A stretch of 64,000 nucleotides of DNA from Deltaproteobacteria bacterium (GTDB lineage Bacteria > Desulfobacterota > Desulfuromonadia > Geobacterales > DSM-12255): the NCBI GenBank assembly GCA_021849045.1, contig JAJZTK010000002.1:1602-65601 (forward strand), written 5' to 3'. Each line of letters opens with the position of its first letter. The stretch's first letter is position 1. Positions 1 through 9,662 of the stretch are shown here, one piece after another. The notes beneath the pieces were generated by a model. It saw only the letters and a list, made by a program, of their open reading frames with translations. It was not told the DNA's origin and did not search any database. Position numbers and translations under genes: made by a program.

Positions 1-414
1 CTCTCGGCCTATCTGCAGATACCGTACGTTCCCGGCACCGGCGAACTGGCCATCGTCTGCGGGGCCATGGTCGGGGCCGGACTGGGGTTTCTCTGGTACA
101 ACTCGTACCCGGCCGAGGTCTTCATGGGGGACGTGGGCTCCCTGGCCCTTGGCGGGGGGCTCGGTACCCTGGCGGTGCTGACCAAGCAGGAGATCCTCCT
201 GGTGATCGTGGGGGGCGTGTTCGTCGTGGAGGCGTTGTCGGTCATCTTCCAGGTCGGCTCCTACAAGTACCGGGGCAAGCGGATCTTCCGCATGGCCCCT
301 ATTCACCATCATTTCGAACTCAAGGGTGTGGCCGAGCCGAAGATCATCGTCCGCTTCTGGATTCTTACCATCATCCTGGCGCTGGTGGCGATTTCGACGC
401 TCAAGATGCGTTAG
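1..414 (+). CDS. mraY: phospho-N-acetylmuramoyl-pentapeptide transferase MraY, C-terminal part (5' end lies outside the window)
   Basis: Frame 1 is open from base 1 ([34 protein letters not shown]...). It carries MraY-type motifs [13 protein letters not shown] and APIHHHFE. Stop TAG is at 412-414, and murD follows as in dcw clusters. Confidence 0.9.
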   Translation, partial: LSAYLQIPYVPGTGELAIVCGAMVGAGLGFLWYNSYPAEVFMGDVGSLALGGGLGTLAVLTKQEILLVIVGGVFVVEALSVIFQVGSYKYRGKRIFRMAPIHHHFELKGVAEPKIIVRFWILTIILALVAISTLKMR

Positions 415-458
415 AACCTGTTCGATGTTCGAAGTTATCTCAACCTCGAACCTCGAAC
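414..458. repeat. heptad-periodic imperfect hairpin, GAACCTC family (copy 1)
   Basis: Left arm GTTCGATGTTCGAAGTT is at 420-436, loop ATCTC, right arm AACCTCGAACCTCGAAC at 442-458. 15 of 17 positions pair. Both arms are tandem 7-nt units, and an extra GAACCTG unit lies at 414-420. Confidence 0.65.
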
Positions 459-474
459 AGCATTCAAGGTTTAC

Positions 475-1830
475 ATGGATCTAAAAGGGAAAGAGATACT
501 TGTGGTCGGTCTGGCCCGCACCGGCGTGGCAACCGCCCGCTTCCTGGCTGGCCAAGGGTCACGGGTCACGGTTACCGACCAGCGGACCGAGCCCCAGTTG
601 CAGGAGCAGCTCGGCCAGCTGGCCGGCCTGCCGATCCGTTACGTGCTCGGCCGCCACGACGCGGCCGATTTCGCTGCCAGCGATCTGGTGGTGGTGAGCC
701 CCGGCGTTCCCCAGGAGAGCCCGTATCTGGCGGCCGCCCGCGGGGCCGGCCGGCCGGTCATCACCGAGATCGAACTGGCGTCCCGCTTCATCACCGTTCC
801 CCTGGTGGCCATCACCGGCACCAACGGCAAAACCACCACGACCACCCTTACCGGGGAGATCTTTGCGGCGTGTGGTTTTGCCACCGCTGTCGGCGGGAAC
901 ATCGGCACTCCGCTCATCGAACTGGTTACGACGGATGAGCCGGTAGAGCGGGTGGTAGTGGAGATCAGCTCCTTCCAGTTGGAGTGGATCGACACCTTCC
1001 GGCCGACCGTGGCAGTGCTCCTCAATATCACCGAGGACCACCTGGACAGGTATCCGGGGATGACCGAATATATTGCGGCCAAGGGGCGGATCTTCGAGAA
1101 CCAGACCGGCGACGATTTCGCCGTGCTGAACCTGGACGATCCCCTGGTCTGGGCGTTCGCCGACCGGGTAAAGGCGAAAGTGGTCCCCATGAGCCAGCAG
1201 CAGGAACTGGCCGAGGGGATCTTTCACCGGGACGGGGTAATCGTCTGGCGCTGGCAGGGGCGCGAGGAGCGTTTTCCCGTGGCCGGCTACCACCTCAAAG
1301 GGGTCCACAACATCGAGAACATCATGGCCGCCCTGGCCGCTACCCTGCTGCTCGGGTGCGATGCAGCCGATGCCCAGGCGGCCGTGACCGCTTTCCGCGG
1401 CCTTCCCCACCGGATGGAACTGGTCCGGACCGTGAACCATGTTCCCTGGTACGAGGACAGCAAGGCGACCAATGTGGGGAGCGTCCAGAAGGCATTGGCC
1501 AGCTTCGACAACATCACCCTGATCGCCGGCGGCAAGGACAAGGGCGGCTCCTATGCACCGCTGGCGGAACTGGTCCGGGAGCGGGTGCACCACCTGGTCC
1601 TGATCGGCGAGGCCAAGGAGCGGATCGCCCGTGAGCTCGGCCACCTTAGTGACACCCGGCTGACCGATTCCCTGGAAGAGGCGGTGGCGCTTGCCGCGGA
1701 ACTGACCGGTCCGGGCGGGGTGGTGCTCTTTTCGCCGGCCTGCTCCAGTTTCGACATGTTCAAGGACTACGCTGAGCGGGCCGAGCGATTCAAGGCCCTG
1801 GTGCGGGCACTGCCGGAGGAGAGGGAATGA
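475..1830 (+). CDS. murD: UDP-N-acetylmuramoylalanine--D-glutamate ligase
   Basis: 451 aa with an N-terminal Rossmann-like [10 protein letters not shown] and the Mur ligase P-loop GTNGKTTTT. It sits in the dcw position between mraY and ftsW. Its stop overlaps the ftsW start (ATGA). Confidence 0.93.
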   Translation: MDLKGKEILVVGLARTGVATARFLAGQGSRVTVTDQRTEPQLQEQLGQLAGLPIRYVLGRHDAADFAASDLVVVSPGVPQESPYLAAARGAGRPVITEIELASRFITVPLVAITGTNGKTTTTTLTGEIFAACGFATAVGGNIGTPLIELVTTDEPVERVVVEISSFQLEWIDTFRPTVAVLLNITEDHLDRYPGMTEYIAAKGRIFENQTGDDFAVLNLDDPLVWAFADRVKAKVVPMSQQQELAEGIFHRDGVIVWRWQGREERFPVAGYHLKGVHNIENIMAALAATLLLGCDAADAQAAVTAFRGLPHRMELVRTVNHVPWYEDSKATNVGSVQKALASFDNITLIAGGKDKGGSYAPLAELVRERVHHLVLIGEAKERIARELGHLSDTRLTDSLEEAVALAAELTGPGGVVLFSPACSSFDMFKDYAERAERFKALVRALPEERE

Positions 1831-2930
1831 TCCGACGCCTGGAGGGGTACGATATGATCATCTTCCTGATGGCGGTGGCACTCACCTGCTTCGGGGTGGT
1901 CATGGTCTACTCCGCCTCTTCCATCATGGCGGTGAAGCGGTTTCACGACAGTTTCTACTTCCTGAAGCGGCAGGGGATGTTTGCCCTGATCGGCTTCGGC
2001 CTGATGTACGGCGCCATGCGCCTGGACTACCACCACTGGAAGAAGGCGGCGGTGCCGCTCCTCCTGGTCTGCATGGTCTGCCTGCTGGCGGTGTTCATTC
2101 CCGGGATCGGCGGCAGCGCCAAGGGGGCGACCCGCTGGATACGTCTCTTCGGCTTCAACTTCCAGCCGGCCGAGCTCGCCAAGCTGGCCCTCATCATCTT
2201 CATGGCCTATTCTCTGGACCGGAAGCAGGAACAGGTCCGCTGGTTCAAGGGGCTCTTCCCCTACATGATCGTCCTGTTGGTGATGATCGGCCTCCTGATG
2301 ATCCAGCCGGACATGGGCTCGTCCATCACCCTGGCCGGGGTGGCGATCGTCATGCTTTTCGCTGCCGGGATGCGGGTCTCGCACATCGTCTCCATCGTCC
2401 TGTTCTCGCTCCCCATCCTCTACTATCTGGTCATGCACAAGGAGTACCGCAAGCGGCGGATACTCTCCTTCCTCAACCCCTGGGAGGACCCGACCAACAC
2501 CGGGTTCCAGATCATCCAGTCGTGGCTCGCCTTCGGCACTGGCGGCGTTATCGGCCAGGGGCTGGGCGAGGGGAAGCAGAAGCTCTTTTATCTCCCCGAG
2601 GCCCACACCGACTTCATCCTGTCGGTGGTGGGGGAGGAGTTGGGATTCCTCGGCGTGGTGGTGATCATTGCCATGTTCTTCCTCCTGGTCCACCGGAGCT
2701 TTCGGGTGGCCATCCATGCCGAGGACAGTTTCGGCCGCTTCCTGGCTTTCGGGATCGCCGTGCTGCTCGGCGCCGAGGCTTTCGTCAACATCGCCGTCGT
2801 GACCGGGCTCTTCCCCACCAAGGGGCTGGCGCTCCCGTTCATCAGCTACGGCGGCAGCTCCCTGATTTTTTCGCTCGTGGCGATCGGGATTCTGCTTAAC
2901 ATTTCCAGCCGGATGCGGGGTGCGGTATGA
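1827..2930 (+). CDS. ftsW: cell division protein FtsW (SEDS family peptidoglycan polymerase)
   Basis: 367-aa polytopic membrane protein with FtsW/RodA/SpoVE motifs ([35 protein letters not shown]). It has ATGA overlaps with the murD stop and the murG start. Confidence 0.9.
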   Translation: MIRRLEGYDMIIFLMAVALTCFGVVMVYSASSIMAVKRFHDSFYFLKRQGMFALIGFGLMYGAMRLDYHHWKKAAVPLLLVCMVCLLAVFIPGIGGSAKGATRWIRLFGFNFQPAELAKLALIIFMAYSLDRKQEQVRWFKGLFPYMIVLLVMIGLLMIQPDMGSSITLAGVAIVMLFAAGMRVSHIVSIVLFSLPILYYLVMHKEYRKRRILSFLNPWEDPTNTGFQIIQSWLAFGTGGVIGQGLGEGKQKLFYLPEAHTDFILSVVGEELGFLGVVVIIAMFFLLVHRSFRVAIHAEDSFGRFLAFGIAVLLGAEAFVNIAVVTGLFPTKGLALPFISYGGSSLIFSLVAIGILLNISSRMRGAV

Positions 2931-4021
2931 GGTTGTTGATAGCCGGTGGCGGCACCGGCGGCCACCTTTTTCCGGGAATAGCGGTTGCCGAGGAGTTCCT
3001 GGCCCGCGACCCGGCGAATGAGGTGCTCTTTGTCGGCACCGAGCGGGGCGTGGAGGCGCGACTGCTCCCGAAGCTCGGTTACCGGTTGGAATGCATTGCC
3101 GCAGCCGGCATTCGGGGCAAGGGGGCATTATCCCGGATGAAGGGAATCGGCCTGCTGCTCTATGCCTACTCACAGTCCCGCCAACTGCTCCGGTCGTTCA
3201 AGCCGGATCTGGTGCTGGGGGTCGGTGGCTACGCCTCGGGGCCGGCTGTGCTGGCGGCCCGGGGGCTGCAGATCCCCCGCTTCGTGCACGAGCAGAACGC
3301 CATCCCCGGCATGACCAACAAGGTCCTTGCCTACGTTGCCGGCCAGGTGTTCATTTCCCTGGACGAATCGGCCAGGTACTTTCCCGAGGACAAGGTGCTC
3401 CTGACCGGGAACCCGCTCAGGCGGCAGATCCTGGAGCAGGTGGAACGCCAGAGAGAAGCGGAACCTCGAACCTCGAACCTCGAACCTGCCTTTCACCTCT
3501 TCGTCTTCGGTGGCAGCCTGGGCGCCCATGCCATCAACGAGGCGATGGCTGCCGCGGCACCGCTGTTGGCAGGGTGGCGGGGGAGGCTGACCATCACCCA
3601 CCAGACCGGGGACAAGGATCAGGAAGCGGTCGCCCGGGCCTACCGGGAGGCAGGGCTGGAGGCAGAGGTGGTCACCTTCATCGACGACATGGCGGCCGCC
3701 TACCACCGTGCCGACCTGGTGGTCTGCCGGGCCGGCGCCACCACCATTGCCGAGGCGACGGCGTGTGGCAAGCCGTGCCTCTTTATCCCGTTCCCCTTTG
3801 CGGTGGACGACCATCAGCGGCGTAATGCCGAGGCGCTCTTGAAAAAGGGGGCCTGCGAGATGCTCCTGGAGCTGGAGCTGTCCGGTCAGAGCCTGGCCGC
3901 GGCTGTGGACGGGCTTCTACGGGAACCGGAACGGCTCGCTGAGATGGGTTGTCAGGCCCGGTCGCTGGCCAGGCTGGACGCAGCCCGAGTGATTGTGGAC
4001 GAGATGATGAAGGTGTTGTAG
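2927..4021 (+). CDS. murG: UDP-N-acetylglucosamine--N-acetylmuramyl-(pentapeptide) pyrophosphoryl-undecaprenol GlcNAc transferase
   Basis: 364 aa with the N-terminal G-loop [23 protein letters not shown] and the C-domain start FVFGGSLGA. It sits in the expected dcw position. Confidence 0.93.
   Translation: MRLLIAGGGTGGHLFPGIAVAEEFLARDPANEVLFVGTERGVEARLLPKLGYRLECIAAAGIRGKGALSRMKGIGLLLYAYSQSRQLLRSFKPDLVLGVGGYASGPAVLAARGLQIPRFVHEQNAIPGMTNKVLAYVAGQVFISLDESARYFPEDKVLLTGNPLRRQILEQVERQREAEPRTSNLEPAFHLFVFGGSLGAHAINEAMAAAAPLLAGWRGRLTITHQTGDKDQEAVARAYREAGLEAEVVTFIDDMAAAYHRADLVVCRAGATTIAEATACGKPCLFIPFPFAVDDHQRRNAEALLKKGACEMLLELELSGQSLAAAVDGLLREPERLAEMGCQARSLARLDAARVIVDEMMKVL
3461..3488 (+). repeat. four tandem heptamers (GAACCTC x3 + GAACCTG) embedded in-frame in murG
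   Basis: Direct reading gives GAACCTCGAACCTCGAACCTCGAACCTG, translated as EPRTSNLEP. The unit is the same as the right arms of the hairpins at 442-458 and 28592-28622. Confidence 0.85.
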
Positions 4022-4081
4022 GGGCGCCGCTTGCTGCGCCCGACAGGACGGTGAAAGGCCGGGCGCGGCAAGCGGCGCCCC
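4021..4081 (+). other. long stem-loop (22-bp stem, 17-nt loop) in the murG-murC spacer
   Basis: GGGGCGCCGCTTGCTGCGCCCG (4021-4042) pairs with CGGGCGCGGCAAGCGGCGCCCC (4060-4081). There is a single U-G wobble on the + strand, which would be a C-A mismatch on the - strand. No U-tract follows. Confidence 0.65.
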
Positions 4082-4095
4082 TACGGAAGGCGACC

Positions 4096-5478
4096 ATGTA
4101 CGGAAAAATCGAAAAAATCCATTTCGTCGGCATCGGCGGTATCGGCATGAGCGGCATCGCCGAGGTCCTGCTCAACCTGGGGTACCAGGTCTCCGGTTCC
4201 GACCTGCGCCAGTCCGATACCACCGAGCGACTCGCCTCGCTGGGGGGGGAGATCTATATCGGCCATGCCCGGGAGAACCTGACCAACGTGGATGTAGTGG
4301 TGATCTCCTCGGCGGTTCACGATGACAACCCCGAGGTGCAGGAGGCGCGGCAGCGGGTGGTTCCGGTCATCCCGCGTGCCGAGATGCTGGCCGAGCTGAT
4401 GCGGATGAAGTACGGCATTGCCATTGCCGGCACCCACGGCAAGACCACCACCACCTCCATGGTGGCGACGGTCCTGACCCACGGCGGCATCGATCCGACC
4501 ATTGTCATCGGCGGCAAACTGAACACTCTCGGCACCAACGCCAAGCTGGGGCAGGGGAAGTTCCTGGTGGCCGAGGCGGACGAGTCGGACGGCTCGTTTC
4601 TGAAGCTCTCCCCTACCATTGCAGTGGTCACCAACATCGACGCCGATCACTTGGACTTCTACAGCGGCGGCATCGAGCAGATCAAGGATACCTTTGTCGA
4701 CTTCATCAACAAGATTCCGTTCTACGGTCTGGCAGTCCTCTGCCTCGACGACCGGAACGTTGCCGAGATCCTGCCCCGGGTGAAGAAGCGGTTCGTTACC
4801 TACGGTCTGTCGTCACAGGCCGATATCCGGGCGACCCATGTGACCCTGTCCGGCAACACCACTACGTTCGTTGCCCACTACAAGGGGTACCGGATGGGGG
4901 AGGTCACTTTCCCGATGCCCGGCGCCCACAACGTCCTCAACGCCCTGGCCTGCATCGCCGTGGCCATGGAACTGGATGTCCCTTTCCCTTTGATCCAGGA
5001 AGGGTTCGCCCGGTTCGGCGGCGTCGGGCGGCGCTTCCAGGTGAAGGGGGAGCTGAACGATATCATGGTGGTGGACGACTACGGCCACCACCCGGCCGAG
5101 ATCAGGGCCACCCTGGCGGCCGGCAAGAACGGCTGGCCCGAGCGGCGGCTGGTGGTCGCCTTCCAGCCCCATCGCTACACCAGGACCAAAGAACTGTTCA
5201 CCGAGTTCGTCACCTGTTTCCACGACGCCGATGTGCTGGTGATGACCGATATCTACCCGGCGGGCGAACCGCCGATCCCCGGGGTGACCGCGGAGGCGCT
5301 GGCCGGCGAGATCCGCAAGCACGGGCAACGGGACGTGACCCACGTGGCTGACCGGGAGACCCTGCCGGAGTATCTGGCCGGCATCGTCAGACCGGGCGAC
5401 ATCGTTCTCACCCTGGGAGCCGGCAATATCTGGCAGGCAGGGGAGGCGCTCCTGCAACGGTTGCAGGATGGCGGGTAA
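4096..5478 (+). CDS. murC: UDP-N-acetylmuramate--L-alanine ligase
   Basis: ATG at 4096 gives [25 protein letters not shown], a MurC N-terminus, followed by the GTHGKTTT P-loop. The track ORF start at 3949 runs through the murG 3' end and the hairpin, so it is not used. Confidence 0.92.
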   Translation: MYGKIEKIHFVGIGGIGMSGIAEVLLNLGYQVSGSDLRQSDTTERLASLGGEIYIGHARENLTNVDVVVISSAVHDDNPEVQEARQRVVPVIPRAEMLAELMRMKYGIAIAGTHGKTTTTSMVATVLTHGGIDPTIVIGGKLNTLGTNAKLGQGKFLVAEADESDGSFLKLSPTIAVVTNIDADHLDFYSGGIEQIKDTFVDFINKIPFYGLAVLCLDDRNVAEILPRVKKRFVTYGLSSQADIRATHVTLSGNTTTFVAHYKGYRMGEVTFPMPGAHNVLNALACIAVAMELDVPFPLIQEGFARFGGVGRRFQVKGELNDIMVVDDYGHHPAEIRATLAAGKNGWPERRLVVAFQPHRYTRTKELFTEFVTCFHDADVLVMTDIYPAGEPPIPGVTAEALAGEIRKHGQRDVTHVADRETLPEYLAGIVRPGDIVLTLGAGNIWQAGEALLQRLQDGG

Positions 5479-5487
5479 CAGCATTTC

Positions 5488-6393
5488 ATGACTCGCCTCT
5501 ACGGTGACATCTTCCGGCAGTTTCGCGGCGAGCTGCGGGAGAACGAACCGCTGGCCGGGCATACGTCGCTGCGGGTGGGCGGACCGGCCGACTGGTGGGC
5601 GCTGCCGGTTGACCGGGCAGACCTCCTGGGGCTCCTGGCAGTCCTGGAGACTAATGGTGTCCCCTGTCTGATCATCGGTGGCGGCTACAACCTGCTGGTG
5701 CGCGATGGCGGGTTCCGCGGCGTGGTTGTCTCCCTGGAGCGGCTGGCAACGGTGGAGCGCCTCTCGGGAGACCGGATACGGGCCGAAGCAGGAGTGACCA
5801 ACCCGCAGCTTGCGCGGTTCTGTCGGGATGAGCGGTTGACCGGCCTGGAGTTTCTGGCCATGATCCCCGGCACGGTTGGCGGTGCCCTGGCGGTGAATGC
5901 CGGTGCCCACGGCACGGCGGTCATGGAGCGGGTCGCCAGGCTGGTGACCCGGACCGGCGGCAGCCTTCGGGAGTGGGCGGCAACTGAGCGGTCGTTCGGC
6001 TACCGCCGGCACGCCGTGGCGCCCGCCGAGGTGATTGTCGCGGCGGAGTTTCAGTTGGAGCCGGGAGATGCCAATGCCATTGACAAGCTTTTGGCTGACT
6101 ATCGTGCCCACCGGCAGGAGAGCCAGCGGGTCACGCTTCCCAACGCCGGTTCGTTCTTCAAGAATCCCTTGGGAGAGCAGGCCTGGCGCCTCATCGACCG
6201 GGCCGGGCTGCGCGGCTGCCGGGTGGGCGGTGCCCAGGTCGCTGAGGCCCATACCAATTTCCTGGTGAACGCCGGTGGGGCCACGGCCCGTGATTTCCTC
6301 GAACTGGCAGCGCTCATCAAGGAACGGGTCCGGGAGACGAGCGGGGTTGAGCTGGAAGAGGAAGTGCGGATTGTTGGCGAAGATGGGGAATAG
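5488..6393 (+). CDS. murB: UDP-N-acetylenolpyruvoylglucosamine reductase
   Basis: 301 aa with an FAD-binding PCMH-type N-terminus (TSLRVGGPADW, LIIGGGYNLLV) and a C-terminal NAGSFFKNP motif. It sits in the dcw position. Confidence 0.92.
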   Translation: MTRLYGDIFRQFRGELRENEPLAGHTSLRVGGPADWWALPVDRADLLGLLAVLETNGVPCLIIGGGYNLLVRDGGFRGVVVSLERLATVERLSGDRIRAEAGVTNPQLARFCRDERLTGLEFLAMIPGTVGGALAVNAGAHGTAVMERVARLVTRTGGSLREWAATERSFGYRRHAVAPAEVIVAAEFQLEPGDANAIDKLLADYRAHRQESQRVTLPNAGSFFKNPLGEQAWRLIDRAGLRGCRVGGAQVAEAHTNFLVNAGGATARDFLELAALIKERVRETSGVELEEEVRIVGEDGE

Positions 6394-6408
6394 GGACTGG
6401 TAAAACCT

Positions 6409-7347
6409 ATGACTAGAACTGAACTGCAGGGTAAGAAGATTGGGGTCCTGATGGGTGGCCTGTCCGCGGAGCGGGAGGTGTCGCTCAAGAGCGGTGCCGG
6501 GGTCCATCAGGCCCTGGTGGATCGTGGCTACCGGGCCGTGACCATCGACGTGGGGCGCGATCTGGCCCAGATGCTGGTCCGGGAGGGGGTCGACGTCGCC
6601 TTCGTCTGTCTCCATGGCCGCTACGGCGAGGATGGCACGGTGCAGGGGCTCCTGGAGCTCCTGGGTATCCCCTACACCGGTTCCGGGGTCCTGGCCAGCG
6701 CCCTGGCCATGGACAAAATTTTTGCCAAAAAGGTGTTCGCGGCCAGCGGGCTGACCGTTGCGCCGTACCGCGTGCTTTCCCGGGGCGAGTCCCTGGAGGC
6801 GGGCCAGGTGCCGTTCGGGCTGCCGGTGGTGGTGAAGCCGGCCCGGGAAGGGTCATCGGTCGGGGTCAGCATCGTGAAGGAGCCCATACAGCTGGCGCCG
6901 GCCCTGGCCGAAGCGTTCCGGTACGACCGGGAGATCCTGGTGGAGCAGTTCGTCAAGGGCCGGGAGATCCAGGTGGGTATCCTGGCCGAGCAGGCACTGG
7001 GCGCCATCGAGATTGTGCCCCGGAACGAGTTCTACGACTACGAGGCCAAATATACGGACGGCATGGCGACCCATATCATGCCGGCGCCCCTGTCCCCAGA
7101 GCTGTACGCCAAGGTGCTCGGGCAGGGTGAAGAGGCCCACCGGGCACTCGGCTGCAGCGGCTACAGCCGGGTCGATTTTCTGGTGACCGGGGCCGGCGAC
7201 TGTTTTCTGCTGGAAGTCAACACCCTGCCCGGGATGACTTCCTTAAGCCTGCTTCCCGAAATTGCCCGGGGGGGGGGGATGGATTTCCCCGAACTGGTGG
7301 AGCGGATTGCCTGCTCCGCGGCGCTGAAAATTCAGGCGGGTGGATGA
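6409..7347 (+). CDS. ddl: D-alanine--D-alanine ligase
   Basis: 312-aa ATP-grasp enzyme with [43 protein letters not shown] and EVNTLPGMT. It contains a G11 homopolymer at 7268-7278 that reads in frame as GGG. Confidence 0.93.
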   Translation: MTRTELQGKKIGVLMGGLSAEREVSLKSGAGVHQALVDRGYRAVTIDVGRDLAQMLVREGVDVAFVCLHGRYGEDGTVQGLLELLGIPYTGSGVLASALAMDKIFAKKVFAASGLTVAPYRVLSRGESLEAGQVPFGLPVVVKPAREGSSVGVSIVKEPIQLAPALAEAFRYDREILVEQFVKGREIQVGILAEQALGAIEIVPRNEFYDYEAKYTDGMATHIMPAPLSPELYAKVLGQGEEAHRALGCSGYSRVDFLVTGAGDCFLLEVNTLPGMTSLSLLPEIARGGGMDFPELVERIACSAALKIQAGG

Positions 7348-7445
7348 TTTGTGACTGTTAAGCAACACGAAAGTGTGCTAGTATCGCCGGCTAACATTGC
7401 CAGACATTTGTCTGGTCAGGAAGAGCCGGTAACGAACTGGTTACC

Positions 7446-8264
7446 ATGCGCGAATTAACCCTCAACAAACAGAAGGTTGCCAGCCGCAACCGGTTCAAAC
7501 GCCAGCGCCGGAAGATCGATTTCCGCGGCCTGTTGAAGAGGTCCGTGCGGGTTCTGTCAGTGGTGGTGGTCGTCTCCCTCATCGGTCTGATCGGCTACGG
7601 AGCCAGCGGCTTCATTTCCCGGACTACCTTCCTGCGGCTGGAGCGGATCGAGGTGGCCGGACTGAAGCGGCTCTCCAGGGATGAGGTCATCTCCCTGGCG
7701 ACCGTGCGCACCGGCGAAGACATGCTGGGGCTGAGACTTCGGCAGATGGGCGAGCATATCGCCAAGAACCCTTGGGTGGCAAAGGTCCGGATTCGTCGCA
7801 CCTTCCCGAACACCCTGACCATTGTGCTGCAGGAGCGGGAGCCGGTTGCCGTCATCAATATGGGGTTCCTGTACTATGTGGATGGCCAGGGCGAGGTGTT
7901 CAAGCCCCTCACCGTGGGAGACCGTCTCGACTATCCGATCCTGACCGGTTTCAGCGAAGAGGGGATGGCCCGTGATCCGGCCGGCTGCCGCGAAGGGGTC
8001 AGAGCGGCCCTCGGCCTGATCGGCCTGCTTAGGGATGACCAGAAATTCAACCTTGCCGAAGTCTCCGAGATCCACTTCGACAAAGTCTACGGTTTTACCC
8101 TGTTCACCCGGAGGAACGGCGTGCCCGTGAAGATGGGAAACAGCGATTTTCCGGCAAAGCTCCGGCGATTTGCACGGATCTACCGGGACCTGCAGAAGGA
8201 TCTGCCGCTCCTGGAGTATGTGGATCTCGATTATAGCGACCGGATCATCGTTAAAAAGGTCTGA
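7446..8264 (+). CDS. ftsQ: cell division protein FtsQ (POTRA domain)
   Basis: 272 aa with a basic N-terminus and a single TM (VLSVVVVVSLIGLIGYG), then a POTRA/FtsQ-type periplasmic region. It lies between ddl and ftsA. Confidence 0.85.
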   Translation: MRELTLNKQKVASRNRFKRQRRKIDFRGLLKRSVRVLSVVVVVSLIGLIGYGASGFISRTTFLRLERIEVAGLKRLSRDEVISLATVRTGEDMLGLRLRQMGEHIAKNPWVAKVRIRRTFPNTLTIVLQEREPVAVINMGFLYYVDGQGEVFKPLTVGDRLDYPILTGFSEEGMARDPAGCREGVRAALGLIGLLRDDQKFNLAEVSEIHFDKVYGFTLFTRRNGVPVKMGNSDFPAKLRRFARIYRDLQKDLPLLEYVDLDYSDRIIVKKV

Positions 8265-8345
8265 GCCCGGCAGTCGGTATGCTGTGCCGTATGAATGGAT
8301 GGATTACGTTGTATACGGGCTTGGTAATAAGCCGTTGGGGGGAAT

Positions 8346-9581
8346 ATGTCGGGTAAACGGGATAATCTGATCGTCGGTCTTGATATCGGAACAACCAAGA
8401 TCTGCGCCATTGTCGGTAATGCCACCGAAGAGGGCATCGATATCGTCGGTATCGGCTCCAGCCCGTCGCGCGGCTTGCGCAAAGGGGTGGTTATCAATAT
8501 AGACAGCACTGTCGCCTCCATTCGCAAGGCCGTGGAAGAGGCGGAGCTGATGGCCGGCTGCGAGATCAAATCGGTCTATGCCGGCATTGCCGGCGGTCAT
8601 ATCAAGGGGTTCAACTCCCAGGGGATCATCGCCATCAAGAACCGGGAGGTTTCCCCGGAAGACGTGAAGCGGGTCATCGAAGCGGCCAAGGCTATTGCCA
8701 TTCCCATGGACCGGGAGGTGATCCATATCCTGCCCCAGGAGTTCATTATCGATGATCAGGATGGCATCCGCGAGCCTCTCGGCATGAGCGGTGTCCGCCT
8801 GGAAGCCAAGGTCCATATCGTCACCGGCGCCGTGGCCAGCGCCCAGAACATCATCAAGTCGTGCAACCGCGCCGGGCTGGATGTGGCGGACATCGTCCTG
8901 GAGCAGCTCGCCTCTTCTGAAGCGGCCCTTTCCTCGGACGAGAAAGAGCTGGGGGTGGCGCTGGTCGATATCGGCGGCGGTACCACCGACATCGCCATCT
9001 TCGTCGACGGTGCCATCAAGCATACGTCGGTCCTGTCGCTGGGGGGGAACCACCTGACCAACGACATCGCGGTGGGGTTGCGCACCCCCATGGCCGAGGC
9101 GGAAAAGATCAAGCAGAAGTACGGCTGCTGTCTCGCATCCCTGGTCGGCAAGGACGAGACCATCGAGGTGCCGAGTGTTGGCGGCCGCAAGCCGCGGGTC
9201 CTTTCCCGCCAGTTGCTGGCCGAGATCCTGGAGCCGCGCGTGGAGGAGATCTTCACCCTGGTGAACCGGGAGATCGTCAAGTCCGGGTTCGAGGATCTGA
9301 TCGCTTCCGGGGTGGTCATTACCGGTGGTACCACGATCCTGGAAGGGATGCCCGAACTGGCCGAGCAGGTCTTCAATCTGCCGGTGCGGCGCGGCCTGCC
9401 CCAGAAGATCGGCGGGCTGGTGGATGTGGTCAATTCGCCGGTCTATGCCACCGGCGTCGGACTGGTGGTTTACGGGAGCAAGAACGTGGGGGTGCACGAA
9501 TTCCCCACCACCCAGAGCGACGACAACGTCTTTAGGCGGGTGAGCAGGAGGATGCGCGAATGGTTCGGGGAGTTCTTCTAA
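8346..9581 (+). CDS. ftsA: cell division protein FtsA
   Basis: 411-aa actin-like ATPase with LIVGLDIGTTKICAIVG and VDIGGGTTDIAIF. A GGGGGG SD-like run lies upstream. Confidence 0.93.
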   Translation: MSGKRDNLIVGLDIGTTKICAIVGNATEEGIDIVGIGSSPSRGLRKGVVINIDSTVASIRKAVEEAELMAGCEIKSVYAGIAGGHIKGFNSQGIIAIKNREVSPEDVKRVIEAAKAIAIPMDREVIHILPQEFIIDDQDGIREPLGMSGVRLEAKVHIVTGAVASAQNIIKSCNRAGLDVADIVLEQLASSEAALSSDEKELGVALVDIGGGTTDIAIFVDGAIKHTSVLSLGGNHLTNDIAVGLRTPMAEAEKIKQKYGCCLASLVGKDETIEVPSVGGRKPRVLSRQLLAEILEPRVEEIFTLVNREIVKSGFEDLIASGVVITGGTTILEGMPELAEQVFNLPVRRGLPQKIGGLVDVVNSPVYATGVGLVVYGSKNVGVHEFPTTQSDDNVFRRVSRRMREWFGEFF

Positions 9582-9662
9582 GCGCAACGCCATAGTTCTG
9601 ACGTTGCGTGAGGACCAGTACAAATTTACATGCTGCGAAGCCAAACTATCAAGGGGGTAGGT

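Noticed and set aside
3949-4095. N-terminal extensions offered by the ORF track: murC 3949, ftsZ 9630, radical SAM 10863, ppcA 15617, dinG 16034, lipoprotein 38877, lipA 41145, gcvT 55140, GGDEF 56439, thiolase-like 57955, TPR 62178.
   Set aside because: In each case the extension overlaps the preceding gene, a terminator hairpin or a predicted promoter. An internal ATG or GTG with a good SD gives the conserved family N-terminus.
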